From: Lytechinus pictus
Lineage: Eukaryota
NCBI RefSeq assembly: GCF_037042905.1
Contig: NC_087252.1
Location: 8,992,001 to 9,056,000, forward strand
Direction of reading: 5' to 3'
Length of the DNA: 64,000 nt
Part shown: in pieces, positions 1 to 13,650 of the stretch
Position numbering within the stretch: the first letter of the stretch is position 1
How the letters are laid out: each line of letters starts with the position of its first letter
The notes under the pieces: model-generated
Seen by the model: the letters and a program-made list of their open reading frames with translations, nothing else
Told to the model about the DNA's origin: nothing
Databases searched by the model: none
Position numbers and translations under genes: made by a program

Positions 1-22
1 GCTTATTCATGGTGGGGGGGGG

Positions 23-62
23 CAGGCGCGTAGCCAGGGGGGCGGTCGCCCCCCCCCCCCCC

Positions 63-100
<38 letters not shown>

Positions 101-1472
101 GTCCCCAAAAAGAAAAAAAAGAGAGGAGAAAAGGAAAAGCGAAGGGAGGAAAGGGAAGAAAGGTAGCTTTGTGGGTTTTTCTTTTTATTCTTTATTTTTT
201 CTCAAAAGAGAAACTCTTTCACTCTTGCTCTAAATTTATATGAATTTTGCTTCCGCGCTGCGCGCGGTTAGATGACAATATTGCAGTTCTCCTTTGTATC
301 CCCTCACCCTTTCTCTAACCCTGTTTTTACACCTCAGCTATGTGTGTTTTTTGCCAGTTAAAGTTCAAATGTATACATTAGGGCGTGGAATTAGACATGT
401 TTTATAGCTCCATGGAATTAGAGTAAGGTTAGTCTGAAGTATATGAAGTTATCTTTTTTTTTATTGATCGGGCAACTTCTGGTCGGGTCGACTCCGGGCG
501 GGTAAAATCTTTATATCAATTTCTGCCGTCACCTTTCCATATAGGCAACTTCTCCCGCTTTTCAGCTCATTACTAAACAACCATAATTTGGGGGCGAACA
601 GGTACCTATTTAAAAAGAGGAAAGTATACAATTCGTGTCGTATTAAATAAAAAAAAGTACAATATTTTTTATCAAATTCTATTAAACTTCATTTCCCTGC
701 ACATTCATCTCCTGTCCTGTTTTGCGCCCTCAGTTTGAAATTTTTAATGACACCTAAGTTTCTTTATCATTCAAAATGAAGCGCTTCAGGATAATAGTCA
801 AAGAAATCATCTTTTTTTATATAATTTAAATAAATCACAGAAGTTTCAACTTTTTGCGCACTATTTTCCTCGTAATGAAGTTCAATAATCTTAGAAAATC
901 AATTGAATTAGAGCCGATGAGGTATTAGAGATATCTGCATTTGATGAAACGTCCGCCCTTTGAAATTTCAGTTTCATTGCTCAGGGCGGGGAGGATTATC
1001 TTCCTTCCGGCATATACCCTTCTCCTCCTCTGTTTTGCGAGTTAAAGATATAATTGTTTGTAATCAAATCTGATCTTTCTAAGGGATCGACGCATTCATT
1101 TTAACTTAGAGAACCCTTATCTTGGGACCCTTTTTTATTTGGAAAAAAACTTGATAAAATGCTTTAGCTTCCGCGCCTCGCGCGGGGTAATTATTATTTT
1201 AATTTCTTCCATTTTATCCCTTTTTTGTGCGTTCACAATCACTTTTGAAAAAAACGTTCAAAATCAAAATATAGTCAACTGAATTGGAGCTAGCTGATAT
1301 AGGTACTAGAGACAAGAGAGACGGCTCCTTTTCATTTTAATTCATGAAACACCGAAAGCTTCGCGCTTCGCGCGGGAGGGGGAAACTCCCCCTCCCTGCA
1401 TCCACCCCCTAGGGAGCGTGCTTCACGTGCATGTACCGCCCCCTCCAAAATAAAATCCTGGCTACGCGGTTG
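23..1472. mobile_element. Non-autonomous hAT-like TIR element
   Basis: Left end CAGGCGCGTAGCCAGG and right end CCTGGCTACGCGGTTG form an imperfect inverted repeat; G-run flanks compatible with an 8-bp TSD; no transposase ORF. Confidence 0.65.
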
Positions 1473-1799
1473 GGGGGGGAGCATTTGTGTAAGTTTTATT
1501 ACGTGCCTGGCGATTAAAATGAAAAAAAAAACGCGTTTTCATGTAATTATTATAACCATATGGCTCCATGTTATAACAGTAGAAACAAATTAGACATACC
1601 CCATTCTTAGCGTCAAAATCGCTCAGACTGGCGAAATATGCTCCGAAGTGGAGACATTTGCTCCAGGTGAAATTCAACGGTATACCCCACCTTATTTTGT
1701 CGAAAACCTGTACTGTAGTCACGCAAAATGTTTACTATCGGCAAATTTTGTGCCATACAAACATGACCAAGACATTCAGTAAGTAAAAATTAATATTCA

Positions 1800-2252
1800 A
1801 GAAAATACCAACTTGTGAAAGGCTACATGTCGTGTCACCTTCTCGGCACAGCCCTCCACTCTGGTTTCCATATCCTCTCGTACACACAGTGCTCTCAGTC
1901 TGGTCTCCACATCCACATCATGTCATACACACCGTAGGTTTTTAGATTATGATAATACTGTATATAATAGTGAGTTGCTTTTTTGTTTTATGTTGATCAT
2001 GATTGTTTTCTTCACTGATAGAAAAAGGATAATTTTTTTTTTAATAATCCAAAAATAAAATCCATATGTTCTGTTTTATATAGTTATTAGTCAAGGTTAC
2101 TTTAGTTCGCATTAGTTCTCATTGTTTATACGTTCTAATTCTTATGCATTATACCGATTGATATTGTACTTTAAATTTGAATATGTATTGTTACTTTGAT
2201 TTTGTTGTGCTTTGTGAACGGAAAATGAATAAATCTTAATCTAAATCTAAAT
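1800..2252 (+). mobile_element. Possible degenerate LINE 3' end (CR1/Rex-like)
   Basis: T-rich UTR-like tract ending AATAAA plus (AATCT/AAATCT)n tail; weak CHTHR similarity to the CRTxR LINE C-terminal motif. Confidence 0.3.
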
Positions 2253-3495
2253 ATGGTCCGCCAATAGTCGAATTATATTCATTATGTTATAATGTAAGTA
2301 ACAATTTGTTGTTGATGGGGGATATAATTTTACACGTAGTTTCAAAAAATAAAAAAAATCAATCAAACAAGATTTTCTTCTATAAATGATATACCTTCAT
2401 GTGTATATGGCCGCCTATGTACTTTCCAAGAATGAACTATATGAGAAGAAAACGTGTGTTCATGTACTTATTATCATTATCATTGTACCACCATTATCAT
2501 CATCAGCATTATTATCAGCATCTTCATCATCACCATCATTATCATTGTCGTCATCGTTTTGCTTATGCGGAAATCAAACAAAAATGATTGTGAAAAGGGT
2601 TATGGAGGGAAAGAGAGAGAGAGAGAGAGAAAGAGGGGGAGTGAGTGAGAGGTTGAGGAAAAAAGGAGGTGTGTGACTTATTATTTCTGAATATCGCGAT
2701 TTCTGTTTATTGCATGGGATTGAAATAGAAGGATAAACTTAACAAGTTCTTGTCATTATAATTTTTTATTTGATTTACTGATCAGAACATGAGATAAATG
2801 AAATCATGAATACTGTACGTTCTCGATAGTTTTATTAACGTTTTCCAACCAAAACTACACTTTAATGACTGCAAACACCTTCATTTTCACACACTCGCAA
2901 CTATGGACACAGTATACATGTAATTGAGAGTAGTGTCATTTTCAAAACCTTTCTTAGCTGCAAGGAATACTGAATCTCATTTCCACAATGTGCATCTGAA
3001 TGCACAATGCCTGTGTTTCTAACATGTACCCAAATTACCCAATTTAAAGAACACATGTTAAGATCTAATGAATCAGCAAAATAATCCACATTCTATCATG
3101 ATCAGCAGGCATAACAGCCTATATACTCTTCAATACTTCAATTACAGTTTGTCGAAAGAAATAACACAAAGAAAAATAAATATATAGAATTGTAACACTG
3201 GTAAATATATCCAAAATATTAAATTAACGCATCGTGCTCTCATTTCTTTTACGAGATATTCCCCCCCCCCCCGAGATATGCTTCATGTTTACAATTTAAA
3301 AAAAGGCGTATAAATGTCCCCTTTCCATGTCAATAACAGCTCGTGCTTTGTGCTCGCATTATAAATTCAGTGAGATGCGTATTGGGTTTCATGAATTTGT
3401 AACTATATTATTGCTGGTATATATATTATTGTCTTTTGAAAATAACATTATTTGTTTAGACGTAATGAGAGAGATACATACACATATTCATTTAT

Positions 3496-3724
3496 TATAA
3501 TAATTATACTTGCTTATATACCGCTTAACACTTACTTTGTCAGAAGTCTCTAAGCGCTCTACAGTATATGCAGCATAATTACCCTGGCTTTAGCAGTGCA
3601 CCTGGGTTGAGTGCAGCACATTGTGGATCAATTTCTTGCTGAAGGAAATTACGCCATGGTTGGGATCCGAACCCACGACCTTCTGTTTCAAAGTCCGGTG
3701 ACTAATCCACTAGGCCACAACGCT
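3496..3724 (-). mobile_element. tRNA-derived SINE, internally deleted
   Basis: Reverse complement aligns with SINE at 45056-45343 (A/B boxes, AAGCG.TATATAAGCAAGTATAATTATTAT tail) but lacks ~60 bp of the middle. Confidence 0.85.
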
Positions 3725-4491
3725 TTGCACAGAGTAGAACAAAAATACAACCGAAGTCTAGTTTTATAGTAACTCACCAGTAGCGTAATGAGCCAACAAC
3801 AAAAAATGGAGGGGGTGAGACAAGGATGACATTTATTTTCCTTTCCTTTATTCTTTTTTTTTCATTGGTAGGGAGAATGGGGGGATCCGTGACCCCTAGC
3901 ACGCCCCTCCCCCATCTGTACGCCAGTGATGATCATACTTTCGTTTGAAACAAATTGAAGGAAAAAAAGTGCAAGGGTAGATAAGGCCGAAGACGTAAAT
4001 AAAAATTATTGATACAAATATTAATAATTATAATACTGATAAATATACAACAAATCAAGCGGTCACCAATAAAAATAAACAACGTGAAAGAACAAAACGA
4101 GAAAGAGAGAGAGAGAGAGAGCCCGCGCGAATGTATGGTGTATAAGTTGCTGGAAAGCAGAAGAGATATTGTGTCCAGCACCCCCCCCCCCAAATTCTCT
4201 CCCCGCTCAAGACCGGAGTGAAACCAATGATAATAATATATGAACAAAAATCCAGATTCACAATTTCAATGGGGAGTGTGTCATTCCCCTTCTCCGTTAC
4301 AATTTGTCAAGTGGCAGCGGCAGGGAGAACAATTTGTTTTGTTTTTTAAGCAGAAAGCTGTGATGATAGGGGGAGAATAAAATAAATAAAACATTAACGA
4401 ATAACAAGAACACAACAACGACAAAACAATTTGTATCAGGATGAATTTCTTATCATTTAACATAGACCAACTTGGAGAAATAAGATGTTCA

Positions 4492-5013
4492 TGCAATTGT
4501 CGTATAATCGGAGCAGATGTCGGCGGAGCAAATATCGGCGGAGCAATTGTCGCGGAGCAATTGTCGTATAATCGGAGCAATTTTCGGCGGAGCAAATATC
4601 GGCGGAGCAATTGTCGTATAATCGGAGCAATTTTCGGCGGAGCAAATATCGGCGGAGCAATTGTCGCGTAGCAATTGTCGTATAATCGGAGCAATTTTCG
4701 GCGGAGCAAATATCGGCGGAGCAATTGTCGCGGAGCAATTGTCGTATAATCGGAGCAGATGTCGGCGGAGCAATTATCGGCGGAGCAATTGTCGGCGGAG
4801 AAATTTTCGGCGGAGCACATGTCGGCGGAGCACATGTCGGCGGAGCAAATATCGGCGGAGCAAATATCGGCGGAGCAAGTGTCGACGGAGCACATATCGG
4901 CGGAGCAAGTGTCGACGGAGCAACTGTCGGCGGAGCATTGTCCGGAGCAATCGTCGGCGGAGCAACTGTCTTATTTTGCGTAGCAATTGTCGGCGGAGCA
5001 ATTGTCGGGTCAC
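4492..5013. repeat. 15-bp minisatellite (GGCGGAGCAAWTRTC-type), probably a transposon subterminal array
   Basis: Tandem GGCGGAGCAAATATC/GGCGGAGCAATTGTC units ending GTCGGGTCACC; explains the many overlapping ORFs. Confidence 0.9.
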
Positions 5014-5089
5014 CAAAAATTCATAATTCATCTTTTACGTATTTTAGGGTATTTTATTTGGGTTTTATTCATTTTTTTATTTCAATTGT

Positions 5090-6075
5090 CAAGAAGTAAA
5101 CCGGGACAAGTTACAAGGACAGTCAACGGTCCACTATGTCCTAAAATCCAAGATGGCTTTCAAAATTGGAGTCTAAAATAGCTGTTGTTATCTCAAAATC
5201 CCCAAACCCGACATAGTTTGTTTAATATATGCGTTGGGGATGTTGGTGTCTAACCCATGGTTTAATGGGTCAAGAAATACGTTGGGACAAGTAACAAAGA
5301 CATTCTATTGTCCATTTCCAAAAATCCAAGATGGTTTTCATAAATGGAGTATGAAATGTCTGTCGTTAATTACAAACCGACACGGTTTGTTTAATAACCG
5401 CCTGGAGAATATGATTTTTTAGTATAACGCATGGTTTAAGGGGTCAAGTACAGTATTAGATTGGGACAAGTTACAAGGACAGTTAATGGTTCCAGTATGT
5501 CCAAAAATCCATAATGGCTTCCAAAATGGAGTCTATATAGGCCGTTCTTACCGAAAAACTGACGTAGTTTGTTTAATATCAGCATGGGTTATATGATTTG
5601 GGTGTTTAACCCATGGTTAAAAGGGTCAAATTATAGATTAGGACAAGTTACAAGGACAGTCAGATGTCCAGCATATCCAAGAATAGAAAGGCTTCCAAAA
5701 TTGCAGTCTAAAATGGTTACTGTTACCTAAAAACTGACATAGTCTGTTTAATATGCGCCTGAGGTATATGATTATGTTGTCTAACCGTTGCAACGCGTTG
5801 GTTTAAATGGGCAAGTAATACATTAGGATAAGTTACAAGGGCAATCAATGGCCCTGTATGTCTAAAAATCCAAGATGGCTTCCAATAATGGAGTCTAAAA
5901 TGGTTTTTGATACTTAAAAATTGACAAAATCTATTTAGAATCCATCTGGGAGATATGATGTTGGTGTCTGCACTACGGTTTCAAGGGTTAAATAATACTT
6001 TTGGATTAGTTACAATCATATATAGCTGTCAATTTTGCCCATTATTTAAAGATGGCTTTCAAAATGAGTCTAAAA
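5090..6075. repeat. ~180-bp tandem repeat, about 5.5 diverged units
   Basis: GGACAAGTTACAAGGACAG...AAAATCCAAGATGGCTTCCAAAA recurs near 5104, 5285, 5465, 5641, 5826, 6003. Confidence 0.85.
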
Positions 6076-6248
6076 GACTTCCATCGCCTAAACATAGTAA
6101 TAATTAGGTGAACAAATCTACACTATTGATGTTTGAAGGCTAAAATAATATATCTAGACAAATAAAAAAGGATGGTCAGTTTCCTTTTCGTCGTAAAAAA
6201 GTTAAAAGTGACTTTTAAAATTGCGTAAAAAGTGACTGCTGTCCCCTA

Positions 6249-6448
6249 CACTCTAAAAACACTGAGTAAAATTTTACCCACTATTAGGTAGAAAGGGAAC
6301 ATGCATGTTTGCTGTGTATTTTTTTACCCCATATTTGGTTATTTCAACGCAACATTGCGTTAAATTGACACCATAGTGGGTATTTTTTTACCCAACCAAC
6401 ATGCATGTTCCCATTTTACCCAATATTGGGTAAGCCTTTTCTAAAGTG
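6249..6448. mobile_element. Small MITE with CACT termini (EnSpm/CACTA-like)
   Basis: TA|CACTCTAAAAA ... TTTTCTAAAGTG|TA; internal inverted GGGAACATGCATGTT / AACATGCATGTTCCC. Confidence 0.6.
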
Positions 6449-8021
6449 TAATCATGAAACCACAGGATAGTTCTAAGCACAATAATGATGTGTCTTGAAA
6501 TACTTATTAGTGAATTATGGAAATGTATAGTTCAAGGTGTACTTTATTTTTCAAAGTTTGTTTTGGATGTTTACTTATTGTTGCACCACCATCTAATTTT
6601 GTCACTTATTCTTGTAAAACATATTCTAATGAGTCTTAGAAACAGAGACACCAAAATAGTGGCACTAGAAGGGATATGAAGTATTGTCAATTTTGTAACA
6701 ATGGTGGCCAATTTGAATGTAATTTCTGGAGCGTTCTTCAATTTTTTTGAAAAAAACGGACAACAGTGTATCCCTGTAATTCGTCTTCACCTATATTATT
6801 TGAACCTTGAAATCATGAGAAAGACACAAAAATGTTTCTAGGTAGATAGTATATGAACTTTGCAGCTAGATTTTTAAGAAATAGCAACTATTTTTTAAGC
6901 CATCATCATTTTTTTGCCAAACTGCCCCACTGATAAACCTTGAAATTTTTCCAATGTAACTTTTCCCTTTGGAACCATGATTTTTTATATGTTTTATTTT
7001 ATTTTCGGTAGACCCCAAAGTTATTTCTACCAGGTGGATATTATATGAATTTGGACCATTTCAAAGTTACAACGTCCATTATAGACGCCATTTTGGAAGG
7101 TCATTCTGGATTCTCTGACACACTCACTGACTATCTTGTGAACATGTCCTGATTCATTATTTGCCTTGAAAGCTTTTTGATGATTTTGATTTTGAGGATT
7201 TACTTTAGTTGTTGAGTTGATGGTACAACGACTGCCGTTGTGACCGCGAACGCTATGTTGGATTTCCAGCTAACCCTGACGATCTTTCGTAACTATAACC
7301 TGTGTAAATAGACTTTGTTTAATCCTAACATGCCTAAGTTTCATGAAATAGACATCTATACCCTAAAAGTTAAGACATTTCAAAAACTTAACCTCGGTTA
7401 AGATTTGATGTTGACTTCCGCCGCCGTCGGAAAAGCGACATCCATTTCTTGCTTCTGCTATGCAGGCGAGGAAAAAATGGCGGACACGTTAAAGATATCA
7501 CAATGTGAATATGACAGCATAGCCCCAAAATTATTAAACATTTGGCCATATTATTTATCAAATCAGCAGCTGTGAATCATGGCAGCCATCTTGGAAGTAA
7601 AGATGGTTGACGAATCAATCGGACATAACCCTGGGTATCAAAGATAACGCATAGATCCCAATTTCTGAAATGTAATCACCCATACAAATCGTTTAATATG
7701 GGAAACTGCATTAAAATGTCGCCATTTTGTTTTTTGTAGATTTGAGGATGAAAACGTCGAAATCAAGTTTGGCAAACAGCATTTTTTTATTCAGCACCCC
7801 TGAATTACCTTAAAACAATTGATAAATCAGCATTAACAAAAAATGCCTAAAACACTTTTTCTGAGCACATTTTTTAAAATCTGGACCTGACTAGATGGCG
7901 TGCAAAATGGTCGCCATTCACAGAAAATGGACATAGCTTACTCCACATTAGACATCAATTTCTGTGAATATTGCATGGTCCAAAGGGGTATAATTTTTTA
8001 ATGATACAGGTTAGAATGATC

Positions 8022-8165
8022 ATAGTAGTAGTAGTAATAGTAGTAGTACAAGTGGTAATGGTATAGTAGTAGTAGTAGTGGTAGTAGTAGTAGTATTTCT
8101 AGTATTAGTATTGCAATAGTAGTAGAAGTAGGAGTAGTAGTAAAAGTAGTAGTAGTAGTAGTATC

Positions 8166-8207
<42 letters not shown>

Positions 8208-8351
8208 GCTGGTGGCGGTAGTAGCAGTAGTAGTATTATCTCTAGTAGTAGTATTGCAATAGTAGTAGAAGTACAAGTAGGAGTAGTAGTAAAAGTAGTA
8301 GTAGTAGTAGTACTAGTACTAGTACTAGTAGTAGTAACAGTAGCAGTAGTA

Positions 8352-8395
<44 letters not shown>

Positions 8396-8563
8396 GGTGG
8401 TGGCGGTAGTAGCAGTTGTAGTAGTATCTCTAGTAGTAGTATTGCAATAGTAGTAGAAGTAGAAGTAGGAGTAGTAGTAAAAGTAGTAGTAGTAGTAGTA
8501 GTACTAGTACTAGTACTAGTAGTAGTAACAGTAGCAGTAGTAGTAGTAGTGGTGGTGGTAGCT

Positions 8564-8594
<31 letters not shown>

Positions 8595-8714
8595 AAGAAG
8601 AAGAAGTGGTAATGGTAAAGTAGTAGTAGTAGTGGTAGTAGTAGTATAAGTATTATTTCTAGTAGTAGTAGAGCAATAGTAGTAGCAGTAGAAGTAGTAG
8701 TAGTTGTAGTAGTA

Positions 8715-8773
<59 letters not shown>

Positions 8774-8822
8774 CGTAGAAGTGGTGTAGTAGTAGTAGTT
8801 GTAGAAGTAGTAGTACTAGTAT
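8022..8822. repeat. (TAG)n microsatellite array with interruptions
   Basis: Long AGT/TAG trinucleotide run; paralog at 55933-56470. Confidence 0.95.
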
Positions 8823-9079
8823 TCTTTATTATAAATAACAAGATGTGAACATTTCAGTGTCAAGTATTGAAGAAAAAAATGCAAATGATATCAACACAAT
8901 GGATATGGTTCATTTCACTTTCAATTTATTTATTTTTATCCTTATTTTCATAACACGGATCTCAAGCAAAATACCGTATTTATTCTTACATACCATGAAT
9001 ATAAATAAATAACACGTATAGACTTAAACAGAAACTAAATCTGAAATCAAAACAAAATTATTCAAGGTTGAAGGCGTCG

Positions 9080-9300
9080 TTCCACAATTTGCCACTCTCC
9101 ACTAAAGTTTTAACTGGGTACCAGGTATGATGCAAAAGATACTGTAGTATGACTTTTTTTTTTTAATGTTTGTTGAAATGCTTCCCAGGGAATGGAGAAA
9201 GTGCATAGTAAAGTGCGCTGGAAAGACAGGATCCGTTGACCAGAGTAAAAATAAATCTTTAAAAGGGCTTCATGAAACAGAATTGTGTTGTAAGAACCGG
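9080..9300 (+). mobile_element. Degenerate 5'-truncated SINE (family of 12943-13277)
   Basis: TCCACAATTTGCCACTCTC...GGGTACCAGGTATGATGC...CCCAGGGA matches the body of the 12943 SINE; paralog near 56715-56930. Confidence 0.6.
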
Positions 9301-9744
9301 ATGTTACCATAAAATGTCGTTCGTAAATATTCTGCTTAACATATTCAATACAATCATACCTTTTGTTTTTCTAAAATGGCAACAATTAACATTCATGGTT
9401 TGTAGTCTGAAAATGACCATCCGATATTTTCAAAATGCAGTATTTACATGGAGTATCAAAAAACTTGAAAATAAAATGATTTGAAACTGACATTTGATGC
9501 CCTTATGCGACTTATAATTAAAAACAAATATAACTGTATTAATGAAGTCTGTAGTTATTTTAATGGGGTCACGGGCGTTACCCCATGTAAGATTGCCCTC
9601 TGGAAGAATCTAAGAGTAGTAGTACCAGTACGAGAAGAAGTAGTAGTAGTAATAATAGTAGTAGTGGTAGTAGTAGTAGCAGTAGTAGTAGGAGTAGAAG
9701 TAGTATTAGTAGTAGAAGTATAGTAATAGTAGTAGTAGTCGTAT

Positions 9745-10920
9745 TCCATTTCTTGGAAAATTTGCCATTTTGGACCCTCATTGAGGGGAAATACATTTCT
9801 GCTTTGCAGTCAAGTCACTTTTGTTTTTCAACCATTTGGAGATAAAAGAGTAGACTTTCCTCTATATGTTACATAATAGGGAAGTGCTGGCACAGCGAAG
9901 CTTAAACCCTCAGGGTGCTGCCGAAGTCACTCACCCTTTTTTCGTATTTTACCAATTTATGGGAATGTATGCCATTTTGGAGCCCCCATTGAGTCAAAAA
10001 GCATTTCTGCTATGTAATAAAACCACTTTTATTGTTTTTAAACTACACGGAGACAAAAGAGTAGATTTTCCTCTATCTGCTACATATCAAGAAGTGCTGG
10101 TACAGCAAAGCCTACCCCTCTGGGGACTGCCCAAGTTACCCACCCCTTTTACGTATTTTACCTTTTAATGGGAAAATATGTCATTCTGCGGTCCCCATTG
10201 GGGCAAATCGTTTCTGTTCTGTAATAAAGCCACTGATATTGTTGTGTAACTACATAGAGACACAAGGGTAGGGTTTTTCTCTATCTGCGACGTATTTAGT
10301 TTTATTTATTTATTTTGTTTTGTTTACCGAGGGTTATCCCATCAGTGGACTAAGCATTGTTTTTCTAGGGGGCCCTGCAAATAAATAAGTACTGGCACAG
10401 CAAAGTCTACCCCTCTGGGGACTGTCGAAGTTACCCACCCCTTTATTTATTTTACATATTTATGGGGAAAATATGCAATTTTGGAGCCCCCATTGAGGAA
10501 AAAATGTTTCTTCTATGTAGTAAAGCCACTTTTATTATTCTAAAACTACATGGAGACATAAGAGTAGAGTTTCCTCTATCTGCTACATATAACAAAAATG
10601 CTGGCATATTGAAGCATACCCCCTTAGGGAGTCGCCGAAATCACCCACCCCTATTCTATATTTACCTATTTATGGGAAAATGTGCAATTTTTGAGCCCCC
10701 ATTGAGGCAAAAAGTGTTTCTGCTATATAGTAAAGCAACTTTTATTGTTTTTCAACTACGTGGAAATAAAAGAGTAGACTTTCCTCTACCGGCTGCTTGT
10801 AAGAAGTGCTTGTACAGCAAAGCATACCCCCCCCCCCCCCTCAGGGGGGTGCGAAAATCACCCACCCCTTTTCTGTATTTTTCCAATATATTGGAAAATC
10901 TGCCAATTTTGGAGCCTCTG
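9745..10920. repeat. ~208-bp tandem repeat
   Basis: CCATTTTGGAGCCCCCATTGAG...AGAGTAGAYTTTCCTCTATCTGCTAC recurs near 9765, 9972, 10181, 10475, 10684, 10902; inverted partial units at 10935-10975 and 11575-11690. Confidence 0.85.
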
Positions 10921-10987
10921 TAGCGGGTAGAAGTCGATGTGCCAGCACTTCTTTACATGTAGCTGATAGAAAAAAAAAACTATTCTC

Positions 10988-11570
10988 TCACATCCATGGC
11001 CCAGCATGTGCAAATGTCCGATCCCCCCATGATTTCTTGGATTTAGGAACTGTAAGCAATTTGGAATCAGAAGATCTTAAACGTCGAGGAGGATTGTATG
11101 GCATCAACAAATTAACATTATATTCTGGGGCAGATCCATGGATACAGTGAAAAACTAACAATAATAACTTAAATACAATACGGTACTCGATGGGTAACCA
11201 ATGCAGTGAGGACAGAACTGGAGTTATTTGAGTAGAGCGTCTGATAAGGGTAACAATACGGGCTGCAGAATTCTGTAATTTTTGTAAGCGTGAGAGTTGG
11301 GATTGTGGAAGGTGAAACAAAAGAGAATTGCCAAAATCAAGTCGAGATGATATCAGAGCATGTATAATCTTTTCTGTAGCGGATCGGGTTAAATACTTGC
11401 GAATGATGCCTAAATTACGCAATTGATATCTGACTGATTTACACACGGAAGTGATCTGGGCAGACATAGACATTGTTGAATCAAACAAAACTCCAAGATT
11501 CCTGCATGATTTGGATGGCATAACATTAACATTACCAATTCTCAAAGAGGGAAGTCTTATCTTATCTAGT
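10988..11570 (-). pseudogene. L2-clade LINE ORF2 (reverse transcriptase) C-terminal fragment
   Basis: Motifs RNLGVLFD, HALISSRLDFGNSLL, LQKLQNSAARIV, ITPVLSSLHWLPI, RRLRSS, GDRTF are typical of L2 ORF2. Confidence 0.92.
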
Positions 11571-11771
11571 GCAGGATGGGGTGACTTTTGCAGCCACCTA
11601 AAGGGGGTAGGCTTTGTTATGCCCTCACTTCTTTATAATTATGTAGCTGATAGAGAAAGGCCAACTCTTTTGTCTCTAAGTGATTTACAGGGGGAAAAAT
11701 GCATACCCAAAACACAATTTTGCCACATTGGGGGCTCCAAAAAGCACGATATCTTTAGAGTCAAGCTACAG

Positions 11772-13650
11772 CAGTGGCGTAACAGGCGGGGGGCAGGGGG
11801 GAAGTTGCCCTCCCCCCCCCCCCCTGGCGGATTTCACCGGGAAAATAAAGAAAAACGGGAAAAAGAAAAAAGAGGGAGAAAGGAAGGGAAAGGGGAAAAG
11901 GAAAGGGAAAAGAAAAGAAAACGAAGAAAAAACATTTTTTAATGGAAAAGGAAGGAAAGCTGGAAAATGTACGAAAGAAGAACATTAGAGAAAGAACAAA
12001 TCATTCCGAAATAGGCCTATGTAATGCAATAGCACGATGGGAAATGAATTAAAAGATGACAAAATGGCAACCAATCGCGGGAAACGAAGATAGAGAGTAA
12101 TTGTCAAAAGCTTAATTGGAAAAGAAAAAGGACAAGGAAAAAAATAACACGACCGGGCTGCTGATGATTGAAATTAAAGAGCGGGGAAAAAGATGGACTG
12201 CATACATAATTCTGCTATAAGCTTGCTAAATTTCATGCAAATAAGCTACCGGGGCCCCAGACCCCACGCAGTAGGGGCTCTTCATTTATAACCTTCAAAT
12301 GCATGGCTCTATAACGCCCCCCTTTCAAGCACAATCAATCACGGGCATACAGGCGGGGGGGTCTTGGTTCCACACTCAAGAGAAAATAAAAGAAATTGTA
12401 GGAGACAACGTATAATGAAATAAATGGAAACAATGAAATGCGTTATTTGCTGAATATAATGGAAAAAGCTATCACATAATTAGAATTTGATTTCAATTGG
12501 CAATTGGCGACTGTTTTATAAATTTTCCCACATTGCTATGTTTTGCCCCTTCAAAATATTTGGTTCATTATGGAACCGGGTTGAATAAATGAGTTGTGTA
12601 AAAGCTGTATTCTGTAAATGACCGCGATTTGATTAAATAGCGGCAATCTGCGAGGTTTAAATGGCTTTGCTATCAAAAGTTCCGGGGGCTCCGCCCGGAC
12701 CCAAACCGCACAGCACTGCGTATGGAAGGTTGGGCAATGGCCCTAAAAAGTTCTACAAACAAGAATAAAAAGGGAGGAAAGAAAAGCAAAGGAAAAGTGT
12801 AGGATATGATTTTATTTACTGAAGATAATGTCAAAAATAGTTAAAATTTAGATTCTCATGAAAAGGGAATTTTTTTCTCGCTCGCTTCGCTCGCTCGAGA
12901 CTTATATAAAGCAGCCTTTTAGTACATGTGCTATGCCGTGGAAGAGCCGTGGTGTAGTGGTTCTGACTCTCGGTTTGTAAACAGAGTGTCGTGTGTTCGA
13001 ATCCCACCGCGATCTAGCGTCCTTTGGCAAGGCGTTAATCCACACTTTGCCACTCTCGACCCAGGTGCTAAATGGGTACCCGGTAGGATGCGAAAGATAT
13101 TGTATGTTTTATTTTACCAGCGCCATAATGTGGCTGCGACGAATGCAAGAAATTCTCCCCAGGGAGTAGAAATTGTGCACTTTTCGTGCTTGACCGTGGT
13201 TATAATATGCTGTAACGCGCTTTGGGCCATTCTGGGAAAAGCGCTTTATAAAAATTGGCTATTATTATTATCATTATACCGTCCCTGGTTTTTCCCCCTT
13301 TTTTATTCTTCACGCTACTGCCACAAAGAATCCTGTTCACAGTGGCGTACAGATCACAAAAAAAGGAATCTAAAGAGAGAAGAGTGAAATATATTATTAT
13401 GTGGATATCAATCATGTCAAAATCTATCACATATTTGGATTTTTGTAGTAAAAAGGTCAAAAATTTTGCTCGCTCGCTTCGCTCGCTCGCAACTTTTTTT
13501 AAAGATAAATTCTGCCCGATGCGCAATATCTGGCCTTCTCAAAAATAGTCACCTCATTACACCATTACGCCTGTTCATACCATGATATGACCGGGAAATG
13601 TTTGGTTCTTGCCCCCCCCCCCCCGGCCAACGACCCCTGTTACGCCGCTG
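11772..13650. mobile_element. Non-autonomous hAT-like element with nested SINE
   Basis: TIR CAGTGGCGTAACAGG / CCTGTTACGCCGCTG; perfect 8-bp TSD AGCTACAG at 11764-11771 and 13651-13658. Confidence 0.88.
12943..13277 (+). mobile_element. Full-length tRNA-derived SINE
   Basis: A box TGGTGTAGTGG, B box GTTCGAATCCC, central ACCCAGGTGCTAAATGGGTACC, tail AAGCGCTTTATAAAAATTGGC(TAT)n. Confidence 0.88.

Noticed and set aside
4281..5099. Overlapping repetitive ORFs (CSAD, GGA, RRS/protamine-like)
   Set aside because: Translations of a 15-bp minisatellite, open in several frames on both strands
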